Source: Pyrodictium abyssi (lineage in GTDB: Archaea; Thermoproteota; Thermoprotei_A; Sulfolobales; Pyrodictiaceae). Taken from it: a DNA stretch of 32,000 nucleotides. Below the pieces are notes generated by a model. The model was not told the origin of the DNA. It worked only from the letters and a program-made list of their open reading frames with translations, and searched no databases. Position numbers and translations under genes: made by a program. The stretch spans positions 300,001 to 332,000 of the forward strand of contig NZ_AP028907.1 of assembly GCF_036323395.1 (NCBI RefSeq), in the 5' to 3' direction. Shown piece by piece: positions 23,930 to 31,291 of the stretch; position 1 is the stretch's first letter; each line of letters begins with the position of its first letter.

Positions 23930-25651
23930 TTGCCGTGCTACCGGGGACTAAGAGTGGCTGTACAAGAGGTAAACGATATCCGGAAGGCAAAGTTCCTCCG
24001 CGAGCCTGTTGTAGAGTCGCAGGGCGAGCTAAAGCACTGGATAGAAGCGCTAGCAGACTGGCTCGAAGAGCGCTTCAAGGCCCGAGGCAAGGACGTTTAC
24101 GTCGTCAACGGCGGGCTCTCGGTGTCGGGTCTCCAGCACGTGGGCAGGCTCCGCGGCGAAGTGGTGATCCCGGAGGTTGTCCGCCGCCTCCTGGAGTCGC
24201 GTGGACTTCGTGTACGCCAGTACCTGACCCTCTACACGCAGGACGCGTGGAAGGGCAAGGAGAGCCAGCGCAGCGCTTTCCCAGACCCCGAGGCGGCTAA
24301 GAAGTACACGGGCTGGCCGCTCATAAAGGTGCCAGACCCCAAGGGCGAGCTCTCCAGCTGGATAGACAGGTTCTGGGCGGACTTCGGCCCCTACATAGGC
24401 GAGTTCACCGACGGCCGCGTAGAAGTGGTGAACACAACCGACATGTACCGCGGCAAGCTCCTAGAATTCGTCAAGCTCTCAATACAGCGGCGCGAAGAGA
24501 TAAGAGAGATAGTAAACAAGTACCGTGGGCGTAAACCGTACCCGCCTGGCTGGATACCCTTCGAGCCCCGGTGCCAGAACTGCGGCAGGATAGACACGAC
24601 AGAAGCCATCGAGGTCAGCCTCGACGAGGAGAAGGTAAAGTACCGGTGCCGCAGCTGTGGCCACGAAGGCTGGGCCCCGCTGTGGGACGGGAAGCTCAAC
24701 TGGCGTATAGAGTGGGTCGGCGTATGGTGGGCCCTCGGCGTAGACTTTGAGCCCTACGGCAAGGACCACGCGACACCCGGCGGTAGCAGAGACAGCGCCA
24801 ACGAGCTAGCGCTAAAGGTGTACGGTATCACGCCCCCGGAGGGCCTGCCCTACGAGTGGGTATCCCTCAGGACACGCAGCGGAGAATCAGACATGAGCAG
24901 CAGCGACTTTACCGGATTCACGCCCCGCGAATGGCTAGAAGTAGCACATCCAGAGGTGCTACGCTTCCTAATACTCCGCACACCGCCGATGAGAAAGCTC
25001 AGCCTTGGACTCCACGAGATCCCGCTATACTATGACCAGTACTACCGCGCAGAACGCGTGTACTACGGCGTCGAGTCTACCGGTAGACGTGAGGAGGACA
25101 TACTCCTTGCCCGCAGCTACGAGCTAAGCTATACGCGCGGTAAGCCTCCAGCCAGGATGCCCGCCCAGCCGCCATACACGCACATGGCTATACTCGCTCA
25201 GGTCCTGCCGGAGGATCGATGGGGCGACGAGGCAATCCGTAGGCTGCAGCGTAGCGGCCACCTGCCGCAGGAGCCCAGCGAGTTCGACCTGGAGAGAGTG
25301 CGCAGCCTACTCCCGCGGGCAAGGAGGTGGGCTGAGCTCTATGCCCCCGAGTACATGAGGATCCGTGTGCTTGAGGAGCTGCCGGCAGAGATAGTAGAAC
25401 GAATACATGCCGGGATGCGCGAGAAGCTACGCGGTCTAGGAGAGAAGCTAGCAGGGCTCGAAGAGTGGAGTGAAGACGCGATAAAGCAGGCTATGATAGA
25501 GTATACTCGTGGATGGGGTAGCGGTGAACGAAAAGAATTCTACCGATACTTCTACCTGGTATTCGTAGGAAGAGAAAGTGGGCCAAGAGCTGCGCCACTG
25601 CTATCGTTGCTGGATAGAGAGTTCGTGGTCAAGCGGCTAACTAGCCTCTAG
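23930..25651 (+). CDS. lysS: Lysyl-tRNA synthetase, class I
   Basis: 573 aa. It has a HIGH-like region (GLSVSGLQHVGRLRGE), a Zn knuckle (CQNCGR...CRSCGH) and a KMSKS-like region (SGESDMSSSDFTG). The start is uncertain: TTG at 23930 or GTG at 23954. Homology to other class I LysRS begins near LKHWIEAL. Confidence 0.92.
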   Translation: MPCYRGLRVAVQEVNDIRKAKFLREPVVESQGELKHWIEALADWLEERFKARGKDVYVVNGGLSVSGLQHVGRLRGEVVIPEVVRRLLESRGLRVRQYLTLYTQDAWKGKESQRSAFPDPEAAKKYTGWPLIKVPDPKGELSSWIDRFWADFGPYIGEFTDGRVEVVNTTDMYRGKLLEFVKLSIQRREEIREIVNKYRGRKPYPPGWIPFEPRCQNCGRIDTTEAIEVSLDEEKVKYRCRSCGHEGWAPLWDGKLNWRIEWVGVWWALGVDFEPYGKDHATPGGSRDSANELALKVYGITPPEGLPYEWVSLRTRSGESDMSSSDFTGFTPREWLEVAHPEVLRFLILRTPPMRKLSLGLHEIPLYYDQYYRAERVYYGVESTGRREEDILLARSYELSYTRGKPPARMPAQPPYTHMAILAQVLPEDRWGDEAIRRLQRSGHLPQEPSEFDLERVRSLLPRARRWAELYAPEYMRIRVLEELPAEIVERIHAGMREKLRGLGEKLAGLEEWSEDAIKQAMIEYTRGWGSGERKEFYRYFYLVFVGRESGPRAAPLLSLLDREFVVKRLTSL

Positions 25652-25666
25652 CGCCGTGAGGCAATC

Positions 25667-25696
25667 TAATATCTTTAACGGGCGCTAAAGATATTA
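25667..25696. promoter_or_regulatory. Perfect 11-bp inverted repeat (candidate operator) overlapping TATA-like sequence
   Basis: TAATATCTTTA (25667-25677), an 8-nt spacer ACGGGCGC, then TAAAGATATTA (25686-25696). It lies between the lysS stop and the wHTH gene, whose ATG is at 25751 with GGGAGGTG at 25742-25749. Confidence 0.4.
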
Positions 25697-25750
25697 AGAG
25701 TCGGCCAGCCTATCCTCTTTAATCAGGACTCCGAACTCCCTGGGAGGTGT

Positions 25751-26170
25751 ATGCTCTCCTTGCAGCCCATAACGCGTCCGGGGCTCAGCCCATGGTATAG
25801 AAGCGATGTTGACCAGGCGAGGCCCCTAGCACGAGCGAACGCAGCACGACTCAAGTGTATACTAAAGTGTGCCTTCTCGCTCAATGAAGAGGAAGCTCAC
25901 GTACTAGCATACCTCGTAAGCCGCGGCCGCGGCGCCATTGCGAAGGATATAGCGGAGGCTCTAGGCCGTAACCCAGAGGTAGTCCGCCGGGCGCTACGCA
26001 GCCTCCACTCGAAATCCCTAGTAGTCCGGAGACCATACCCGCTAAGGCGTGGCGGGAGAGCATACCTCTATGAGGTCCCCGATAACATAGTTGTCGCATT
26101 AACAGAGATCTGTAAGAAGGTTAGCGAAATCATAGAAATGATAAACGATAGGCGTAACAACGGAGGCTGA
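25751..26170 (+). CDS. Winged-helix transcriptional regulator (TrmB/MarR/ArsR-like)
   Basis: 139 aa. EEEAHVLAYLVSRGRGAIAKDIAEALGRNPEVVRRALRSLHSKSLVVRR...RGGRAYLYEV reads as an HTH plus a beta-wing. Confidence 0.7.
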   Translation: MLSLQPITRPGLSPWYRSDVDQARPLARANAARLKCILKCAFSLNEEEAHVLAYLVSRGRGAIAKDIAEALGRNPEVVRRALRSLHSKSLVVRRPYPLRRGGRAYLYEVPDNIVVALTEICKKVSEIIEMINDRRNNGG

Positions 26171-26187
26171 GGCGACGTTACAGCGGG

Positions 26188-26192
26188 TTTTT
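26188..26192 (+). terminator. Oligo-T tract downstream of the wHTH gene
   Basis: A TTTTT run lies 18 nt after the stop at 26168-26170, in a convergent intergenic region. Confidence 0.35.
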
Positions 26193-26256
26193 ACAAGTCG
26201 CAATCTTATGTATTAGTGAAGAGACAGAATAATGGGGGACACAAATCTCTCCCCTT

Positions 26257-27171
26257 TTACTGTTGCGCAGTGTTAAGCGAGATGCCAGCCATGCCTATCA
26301 TAGCTATATGCCTTAAGCCGTTGTAGAATTTGGTCTTGACGCCACGCTCTTTAAGTCTCTTATTAACCTCCTCTATTGATATATTCTCGATACGGTGTTT
26401 GTTAGATGCCGCTATGAAGCTGTTAGTGTATGCGAACGATGGAACCCATACCACGTATTCTCTAACGAAGCGGAACACCTGGCTCATGGCATCGTAGACT
26501 TTCTGGAACGCTTCGGGGAAGAGCGTAGAACAACCGGCCTGTGTCACTACAATGCCATCCTCTTCGAGAACCCTAGTTATAAGCTCGAATGCTTCACGAG
26601 AATAGAGCTGTGCAGCTATATCGGAGCCATAGGGGTCTGTTAGATCCATTATGATTACGTCAAACTTTTCGCCGCGCTCGGCAGCCTCTCTCACGTACTT
26701 GAACCCATCCATAATGTGTACTTCTGCACGTGGATCCTCAAAGGCGCCTTGGTGCCACTCTGGCAGGAACTTCTTAGAGACCTCGACGACCTCGCCGTCA
26801 ATATCAACCATTACGGCCTTCTCCACAGTGCTGTGTCGGAGTACATCACGTAGTGTTGCACCTTCACCGCCACCTAGTATGAGTACGCGCCTAGGCTCCG
26901 GATGAACAGTCATTACAGGGTGAACAAGCGCCTCATGGTAGATGTGCTCGTCGCTCTCCGTGCTCTGGATTAGACCGTCAAGTATGAGCGTCTTGCCGAA
27001 ACCCTTCAGCCTTGCTATTACTATTTCCTGGTATTGTGAACGGGTACTGTATATCACTTCTTCTACAGCGTATATGGTGCCCATGGGACCGCCCGGCTGG
27101 TATAGCGATAGCCTGAACGCGTCAAGCTCCACAGCTGAGCCACCCAAAGGTACCGGAGAGGCATCTCGCAT
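26257..27171 (-). CDS. speE: Polyamine aminopropyltransferase (spermidine synthase family)
   Basis: 304 aa with QEIVIA...GKTLILDG, YHEALVHP, VLILGGGEGATLRDVL, MVDIDGEVV and DVIIMDLTDP. Confidence 0.9.
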   Translation of the reverse strand: MRDASPVPLGGSAVELDAFRLSLYQPGGPMGTIYAVEEVIYSTRSQYQEIVIARLKGFGKTLILDGLIQSTESDEHIYHEALVHPVMTVHPEPRRVLILGGGEGATLRDVLRHSTVEKAVMVDIDGEVVEVSKKFLPEWHQGAFEDPRAEVHIMDGFKYVREAAERGEKFDVIIMDLTDPYGSDIAAQLYSREAFELITRVLEEDGIVVTQAGCSTLFPEAFQKVYDAMSQVFRFVREYVVWVPSFAYTNSFIAASNKHRIENISIEEVNKRLKERGVKTKFYNGLRHIAMIGMAGISLNTAQQ

Positions 27172-27299
27172 TAATACGGCTCGGGTACCACTACCCGGAC
27201 TGGCACCATATCACGCGGTATATGAGACATAAGTGTGGAAGACCACTAGGGCTTCAGCGGTAGTCGAACCGCGAAAAGCAATAATTCGTGTAACACTGA

Positions 27300-28166
27300 A
27301 TGCATGAGGTTCCCTTGGGTGCCTACCGGGTGCCGTCTAGGCTGAAAGTCCAGCTAGCAGCACTAGTCATGGTAACAATACTACTAGCGGCAACATATAC
27401 CTACATTGCTAGCCACGTAGCCGAGAAAAGCTATGCATACAATGCGGACACACTACTAGTTTTCCAGAACCCGAACACAAACGAGACGATAAGAGCTGAG
27501 GCTAAGAGCGCAATAACAATCACCATACTCGAGCGTAGCGAGCAGACATACAGCATCAAGCTAAGAGTAGAAATAAGACATGAAAGAGTAAAAGTCGAGC
27601 CAAGCAAGTACGCGGAAGCATTCGGCTTCAGTAACAAAACCCTGGAAGCAAGTATTAACACGAACACTTGCAGCCTCGTAGAAAGCGGCGTAGAGATACA
27701 GCCGACAATAGACCAGTTCTACTGCAACATAAGCGCCATAGATGAGGCAATGGCTGAAAGTAAAGGCTTTGCAATACACAGGGAAGGAGACTTAGCAGTG
27801 ATAGGCTACTCGAACACAACAGGGCCCCTAAAGATAGAAGTTAAAGCAGCCTATAGCCTTGCCACCGGCCTCCTCCGGTACTATAGAGCCCACATATACT
27901 CAGACAGCCCCTCGAAAGCGCTGGGGATAAAGGAGATCAGGGAAGACATAACCCTGCATAGCGAGCCTGGAGGCCCTACTTGGCTTGCGCGGCTAATACT
28001 AGTGGCACTGGTGGCTTCTGCCTCGGCCACTATACTGCAAGTATACCGGTATCTTAGGCACAGGCCTGGCGGCGGAGACAAGAAACACGAGGATGCGGAG
28101 GGAGGCATAGAGGAGGAAGATAGTAGCAAAGAACGAGAGACCGGTGAAGAAAAAGCAGGAGAATAA
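27300..28166 (+). CDS. Hypothetical membrane-anchored protein
   Basis: 288 aa. There is an N-terminal hydrophobic helix (LAALVMVTILLAATYTYIA), an ectodomain of about 190 aa with several N-x-S/T sequons (NET, NKT, NIS, NTT) and a second helix (WLARLILVALVASASATILQVY). It ends in a basic cluster and an acidic tail. I recognise no family. Confidence 0.6.
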   Translation: MHEVPLGAYRVPSRLKVQLAALVMVTILLAATYTYIASHVAEKSYAYNADTLLVFQNPNTNETIRAEAKSAITITILERSEQTYSIKLRVEIRHERVKVEPSKYAEAFGFSNKTLEASINTNTCSLVESGVEIQPTIDQFYCNISAIDEAMAESKGFAIHREGDLAVIGYSNTTGPLKIEVKAAYSLATGLLRYYRAHIYSDSPSKALGIKEIREDITLHSEPGGPTWLARLILVALVASASATILQVYRYLRHRPGGGDKKHEDAEGGIEEEDSSKERETGEEKAGE

Positions 28167-28222
28167 GCCTGCTGGTGCTCCGGCAGAAGCCGAAGGTGGG
28201 CCCGTCCTCCCAGCACTAGGTG

Positions 28223-28229
28223 TATAAAA
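28223..28229 (+). promoter_or_regulatory. Strong TATA box upstream of the C/D sRNA candidate
   Basis: TATAAAA lies about 56 nt upstream of the C box at 28285. No plus-strand protein gene follows it before the tRNA. Confidence 0.45.
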
Positions 28230-28278
28230 CAGACATGACATTTAGCATGGTTCGGAGAGCTGCTCTGACTCGTCTGAA

Positions 28279-28346
28279 CCCTGCGTGATGAAGGCCTTTA
28301 GGGCGGAGCATGTGCAATGAAGTAAGTACCCTCGGCTGAGCACGGG
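28279..28346 (+). ncRNA. Candidate C/D box sRNA (2'-O-methylation guide)
   Basis: The full architecture is readable. The 5' stem is CCCTGC (28279-84) and the C box is GTGATGA (28285-91). A 12-nt guide AGGCCTTTAGGG follows, then D' CGGA (28304-07) and a 9-nt spacer. C' is ATGAAGT (28317-23), followed by a 12-nt guide AAGTACCCTCGG and the D box CTGA (28336-39). The 3' stem is GCA(C)GGG (28340-46). It is intergenic and about 55 nt from C box to D box. Confidence 0.6.
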
Positions 28347-28515
28347 ATACTAGTATGCAGCGAAGTTGCTGCAGAATGCGTACCTTAATGCTGCTGACCT
28401 CATGGCGGTCGTTGACGATCATGGGTGTGGCCGTCTAATGCTGCTCGCAAACTGGACGATAGGCATGGCGTTGGGAGAACGTGCATCCCTAGTAGAGGTT
28501 GATTGAAGCGGTGGG

Positions 28516-28591
28516 TGGAGCCGCCGGCGGGATTTGAACCCGCGACCACCGGCTTACAAGGCCGGCGCTCTGCCCGCTGAGCTACGGCGGC
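28516..28591 (-). tRNA. tRNA-Thr (anticodon UGU), CCA encoded, no intron
   Basis: The minus strand reads GCCGCCG-TA-GCTC-AGCGGGCA-GAGC-G-CCGGC-CTTGTAA-GCCGG-TGGTC-GCGGG-TTCAAAT-CCCGC-CGGCGGC-T-CCA. This is a complete cloverleaf with a 7-bp acceptor stem and the T-loop TTCAAAT. The anticodon loop is C-T-TGT-A-A. Confidence 0.93.
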
Positions 28592-28726
28592 ACAGCCCAG
28601 GGGGCTCTGCGGCTCCGTGAGGTACCTATCCTCCCGGCGGTGGGGTGTTTAACGGTTACGCTCCGGTAGACCTTCCCGGTATAAGGGGGATAACGGATTT
28701 CGCAGCTCCTGGGGGTCTGCTAGGCT

Positions 28727-29350
28727 TTGAGTAGCCCAAGCCTCGACGAACTCGAGGAGTATACCAGTAGGCTAATACCAGTAGAGCCTAGCGGCGTATT
28801 CCGGTTCCGCTGTACCAGGTGCGGCGGCTGCTGTAGCGGCGGCCCTAATGTGTCTCTGACAGTATTCGACGTAGTGCGCATGGCCAGGTTCTTGCGCATA
28901 GAGTGGCGCGGCTTTCTACGTGGCTACGTTAAGGTGATAATAGCCGACGTTATGCCCCACATGCTTCTCCGTGGAGACGAGCGTGGCCGGTGCCTCTTCC
29001 TAGCCGAAAAACACAACGGGGTCAAGCTATGCGTCATCTACCCTGCTCGGCCTATGCGGTGCCGCCTATACCCGCTACTCGTTGAGGGGCTGAAGCCTAG
29101 ACGCCTCTACCTAGACCCTAAGTCGCCCGGTGTAGGACAAGGCCCTGAGAGGAGAACCCCCTCGAGGCTCATAGAGCAGTATATCTGGGAGCGGCGTGAG
29201 CACTATAGGCGACTACACCGCCTAATAGTAGAGGAAGGAGTCGAGCCCCTCGAAGCCCTCTACCAGGCGCTCAGCGAGGCCTGGAAAGAAGCTGAGCAGG
29301 GAGCAGCCTGGGCAGACTTAGACCGTCTCTCGGGCCTGGGCTCCGTCTAG
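28727..29350 (+). CDS. YkgJ-family Cys-cluster protein (CxxCxxCC, putative Zn/Fe-chelating)
   Basis: 207 aa with FRCTRCGGCCSG near the N-terminus and further conserved Cys residues (GRCLFL, CVIYPARPMRCRLYP). The start is TTG, and a TATAAG box lies at 28680-28685. Confidence 0.7.
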   Translation: MSSPSLDELEEYTSRLIPVEPSGVFRFRCTRCGGCCSGGPNVSLTVFDVVRMARFLRIEWRGFLRGYVKVIIADVMPHMLLRGDERGRCLFLAEKHNGVKLCVIYPARPMRCRLYPLLVEGLKPRRLYLDPKSPGVGQGPERRTPSRLIEQYIWERREHYRRLHRLIVEEGVEPLEALYQALSEAWKEAEQGAAWADLDRLSGLGSV

Positions 29351-29423
29351 CCACCGGCCCGGGAACGATAAAACCAGCGCCGTGAGTACTCCTGGAAGAA
29401 CCTACTAGTGGTGTGCTGGTAGC

Positions 29424-30155
29424 TTGGCCGACCTCTCGGCAGTGCCTCCAGAGAAGCGGGTAGAAGCCTACATAGCTAACGTCGAGCTGGCTCTCGAGAA
29501 GCTTGAGGCGGCGAAGGCGAGCCTAGACAGTAGGGCGTTAAAACTGGTAGAGCTGGCCCGGCTGTACGTCAGCGATGCACGCTACTACCTTGAGCGTGGC
29601 GACGTATTCACAGCGCTGGCGGACATAGCATACGCCGAGGGCTTGGTGGACGCGCTCCGCTGGCTGGGTCTCGCCAGGTTCGAGTGGCGGCCAACAAGCA
29701 GGCTTCTTGAGCGCCCTAAGGTCCTCGTAGCAGGCACCTTCGACATAATTCATCCAGGGCACATAGAGTTCTTGAGGCAGGCGTGGCTTCGCGGCCGCGT
29801 CTACGTAGTAGTGGCGAGGGACAGCTCCGTGCGCCGGTTCAAGAACAGAGACCCCATAGTTCCCGAAGAGCAGCGGCTCGCCGTGGTATCGGCTATACGC
29901 TACGTAGACAAGGCCGTGCTAGGCAGCGAGAAGGATGTACTAGAGCCTATCCGGGCTATCAGGCCCGACATAATACTCCTAGGGCCCGACCAGTGGGCGA
30001 GCGAGGAATGGCTAAGCAAACGGCTAGAAATGGAAGGGCTAAGTCCGCGCATAGAACGCTTAGAGGAGAAGAAGAACTGTAGCCTCTGCAGTACTACGAA
30101 GATAGCGTGTAGGGCGGCACGTATAGCAGAGACGAGCAACATGTGTAACGGATAG
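29424..30155 (+). CDS. ribL: Archaeal FAD synthetase (RibL-type FMN adenylyltransferase) with an N-terminal helical extension
   Basis: VLVAGTFDIIHPGHIEFLRQA...VVVARDSSVRRFKNRDPIVPEEQRLAVV...VDKAVLGS...RPDIILLGPDQ closely follows the MJ1179-type RibL cytidylyltransferase fold. The first ~95 aa (YIANVELALEKL...DARYYLERGD...YAEGLVDALRWLG) resemble DUF357, from memory. Confidence 0.8.
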   Translation: MADLSAVPPEKRVEAYIANVELALEKLEAAKASLDSRALKLVELARLYVSDARYYLERGDVFTALADIAYAEGLVDALRWLGLARFEWRPTSRLLERPKVLVAGTFDIIHPGHIEFLRQAWLRGRVYVVVARDSSVRRFKNRDPIVPEEQRLAVVSAIRYVDKAVLGSEKDVLEPIRAIRPDIILLGPDQWASEEWLSKRLEMEGLSPRIERLEEKKNCSLCSTTKIACRAARIAETSNMCNG

Positions 30156-30170
30156 CGCCTAGCCCCTCGT

Positions 30171-30797
30171 CTAGTAGCCCTCAGTGTAGAGGGCGTAGAT
30201 CCGTTTCAGCTCCTCCACGGGGTTCTCGGAGTAGTCTACCCGGAGGTCTACTACGCGGTCGTAGTAGGGCGCATACTCGGTCTGGCCTACAACCAGGAGC
30301 GCGGCAGAACGGTCCCCTCTACGGTCGCCACCCGCCCGGTGGCCAGCCTCTATTGCAGCGAGCAACTTGTCTGCAAGCCCGCCCTTAGCTGTGACGAACG
30401 CCTTGATGGCCGCCCTGCAGACCTCTGGGCCCTTAACAAGGTTTGCTATGCAGACAAGAGGCTCTTGTGGATGAACTATGTAGCCGTGCCAGCTCGGGGA
30501 CCACTCTCCATCGTGTACAGCGATATCGCCCCGGTAGTCTATCACGGCAACCTGGCGGTGCGCGGGGCTAGGATCCCGCGCGAGCGCCATGCGGAGGGCC
30601 TCTTCCGCGCTAGACGCCTTTGAGAGGAATTCCAGCACCATTGGGGCTAGTGCGGGGTTCGTGTAAGCCTGCGTAGCAACTACTCCTACACCGTGCCTGC
30701 CCCATGGCACTCTTGAGCCTACAGATACACTTCCCGACACAACTGCCACGCCAGCCTGGCCGAGCAGAGGGTCGTAGGCTAGAATACTGTAGGTCAA
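30171..30797 (-). CDS. DUF1028 family (Ntn-hydrolase-fold) protein
   Basis: TYSILAYDPLLGQAGVAVVSGSVSVGSRVPWGRHGVGVVATQAYTNPA matches the DUF1028 N-terminus, which normally begins Met-Thr. A TTG codon (30797-30795) directly precedes the Thr. The listed ORF extends to an ATG at 30911, which would add 39 residues. Confidence 0.75.
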   Translation of the reverse strand: MTYSILAYDPLLGQAGVAVVSGSVSVGSRVPWGRHGVGVVATQAYTNPALAPMVLEFLSKASSAEEALRMALARDPSPAHRQVAVIDYRGDIAVHDGEWSPSWHGYIVHPQEPLVCIANLVKGPEVCRAAIKAFVTAKGGLADKLLAAIEAGHRAGGDRRGDRSAALLVVGQTEYAPYYDRVVDLRVDYSENPVEELKRIYALYTEGY

Positions 30798-30992
30798 GAC
30801 ATAGCCACCCAGAGGGCGTTGAGGCCTTACACCCGGCAGTAGCCCATACCAGAACACTATACCGGGTAAGCTAATTATGTGTGGAGCTAGGCGCGGGAGG
30901 CCTCCTAGCATACCGGGCTCTAATGAAGTTAGAAACTGTACAGGCAGAGGATTAGGGGTCCTATGACATAGGCTTACCGTGGTCCGGTACGG

Positions 30993-31196
30993 CTAGACCT
31001 GGTAGAGCTGGCGCCTAGTCTCCTCTGGAACCTCGTCCTCCTTGAGCACAGGGAACGATACCGGCGGCTCTCTCCTCTTAGGCCCTACCACTATGTATTT
31101 GGACGCGTCGTCTTCCCGGCTCTTGAGAACACGTACCTTGACATACCACCCGTCGTTGCGGAGTACGTAGGCGTATTTACCGTGCTTCCCGCCCAT
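30993..31196 (-). CDS. Small hypothetical protein (67 aa)
   Basis: I recognise no family. Support for a real gene comes from a CTATAAG element at 31240-31246 about 45 nt upstream and a GGGGTG SD-like motif 12-17 nt before the ATG. Confidence 0.4.
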   Translation of the reverse strand: MGGKHGKYAYVLRNDGWYVKVRVLKSREDDASKYIVVGPKRREPPVSFPVLKEDEVPEETRRQLYQV

Positions 31197-31239
31197 CTTG
31201 TCCTTGCACCCCAGGCCACAGCTCCAGGAGAGCGGCTGG

Positions 31240-31246
31240 CTATAAG
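31240..31246. promoter_or_regulatory. Putative shared TATA box in a divergent spacer
   Basis: CTATAAG is the only TATA-like element in the 95-nt spacer. It is about 45 nt from each divergent ATG (31196 and 31292). The plus-strand gene has GGGGAGGG 7 nt upstream of its ATG. Confidence 0.35.
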
Positions 31247-31291
31247 CCTTAGAGTCAGGGCTCTTAGCTACAAGTATGGGGAGGGCAGACT

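Noticed and set aside
23935-24300. Same-strand, out-of-frame ORFs inside lysS (23935-24300), ribL (29783-30082) and the isochorismatase-family gene (31276-31560).
   Set aside because: They give Arg/Pro/Gly-rich translations without motifs. The overlapping frames encode clearly conserved enzymes.
27963-28064. The C-terminal EPGGPTW segment plus hydrophobic helix plus RYLRHR resembles a PGF-CTERM/archaeosortase sorting signal.
   Set aside because: True sorting signals end right after the basic cluster. Here 33 further acidic residues follow, and no archaeosortase gene is in the window.
28216-28422. A 68-aa minus-strand ORF in the membrane-protein/tRNA spacer.
   Set aside because: It has no motif and I could find no promoter or SD. 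It overlaps the much better supported plus-strand C/D box sRNA architecture.
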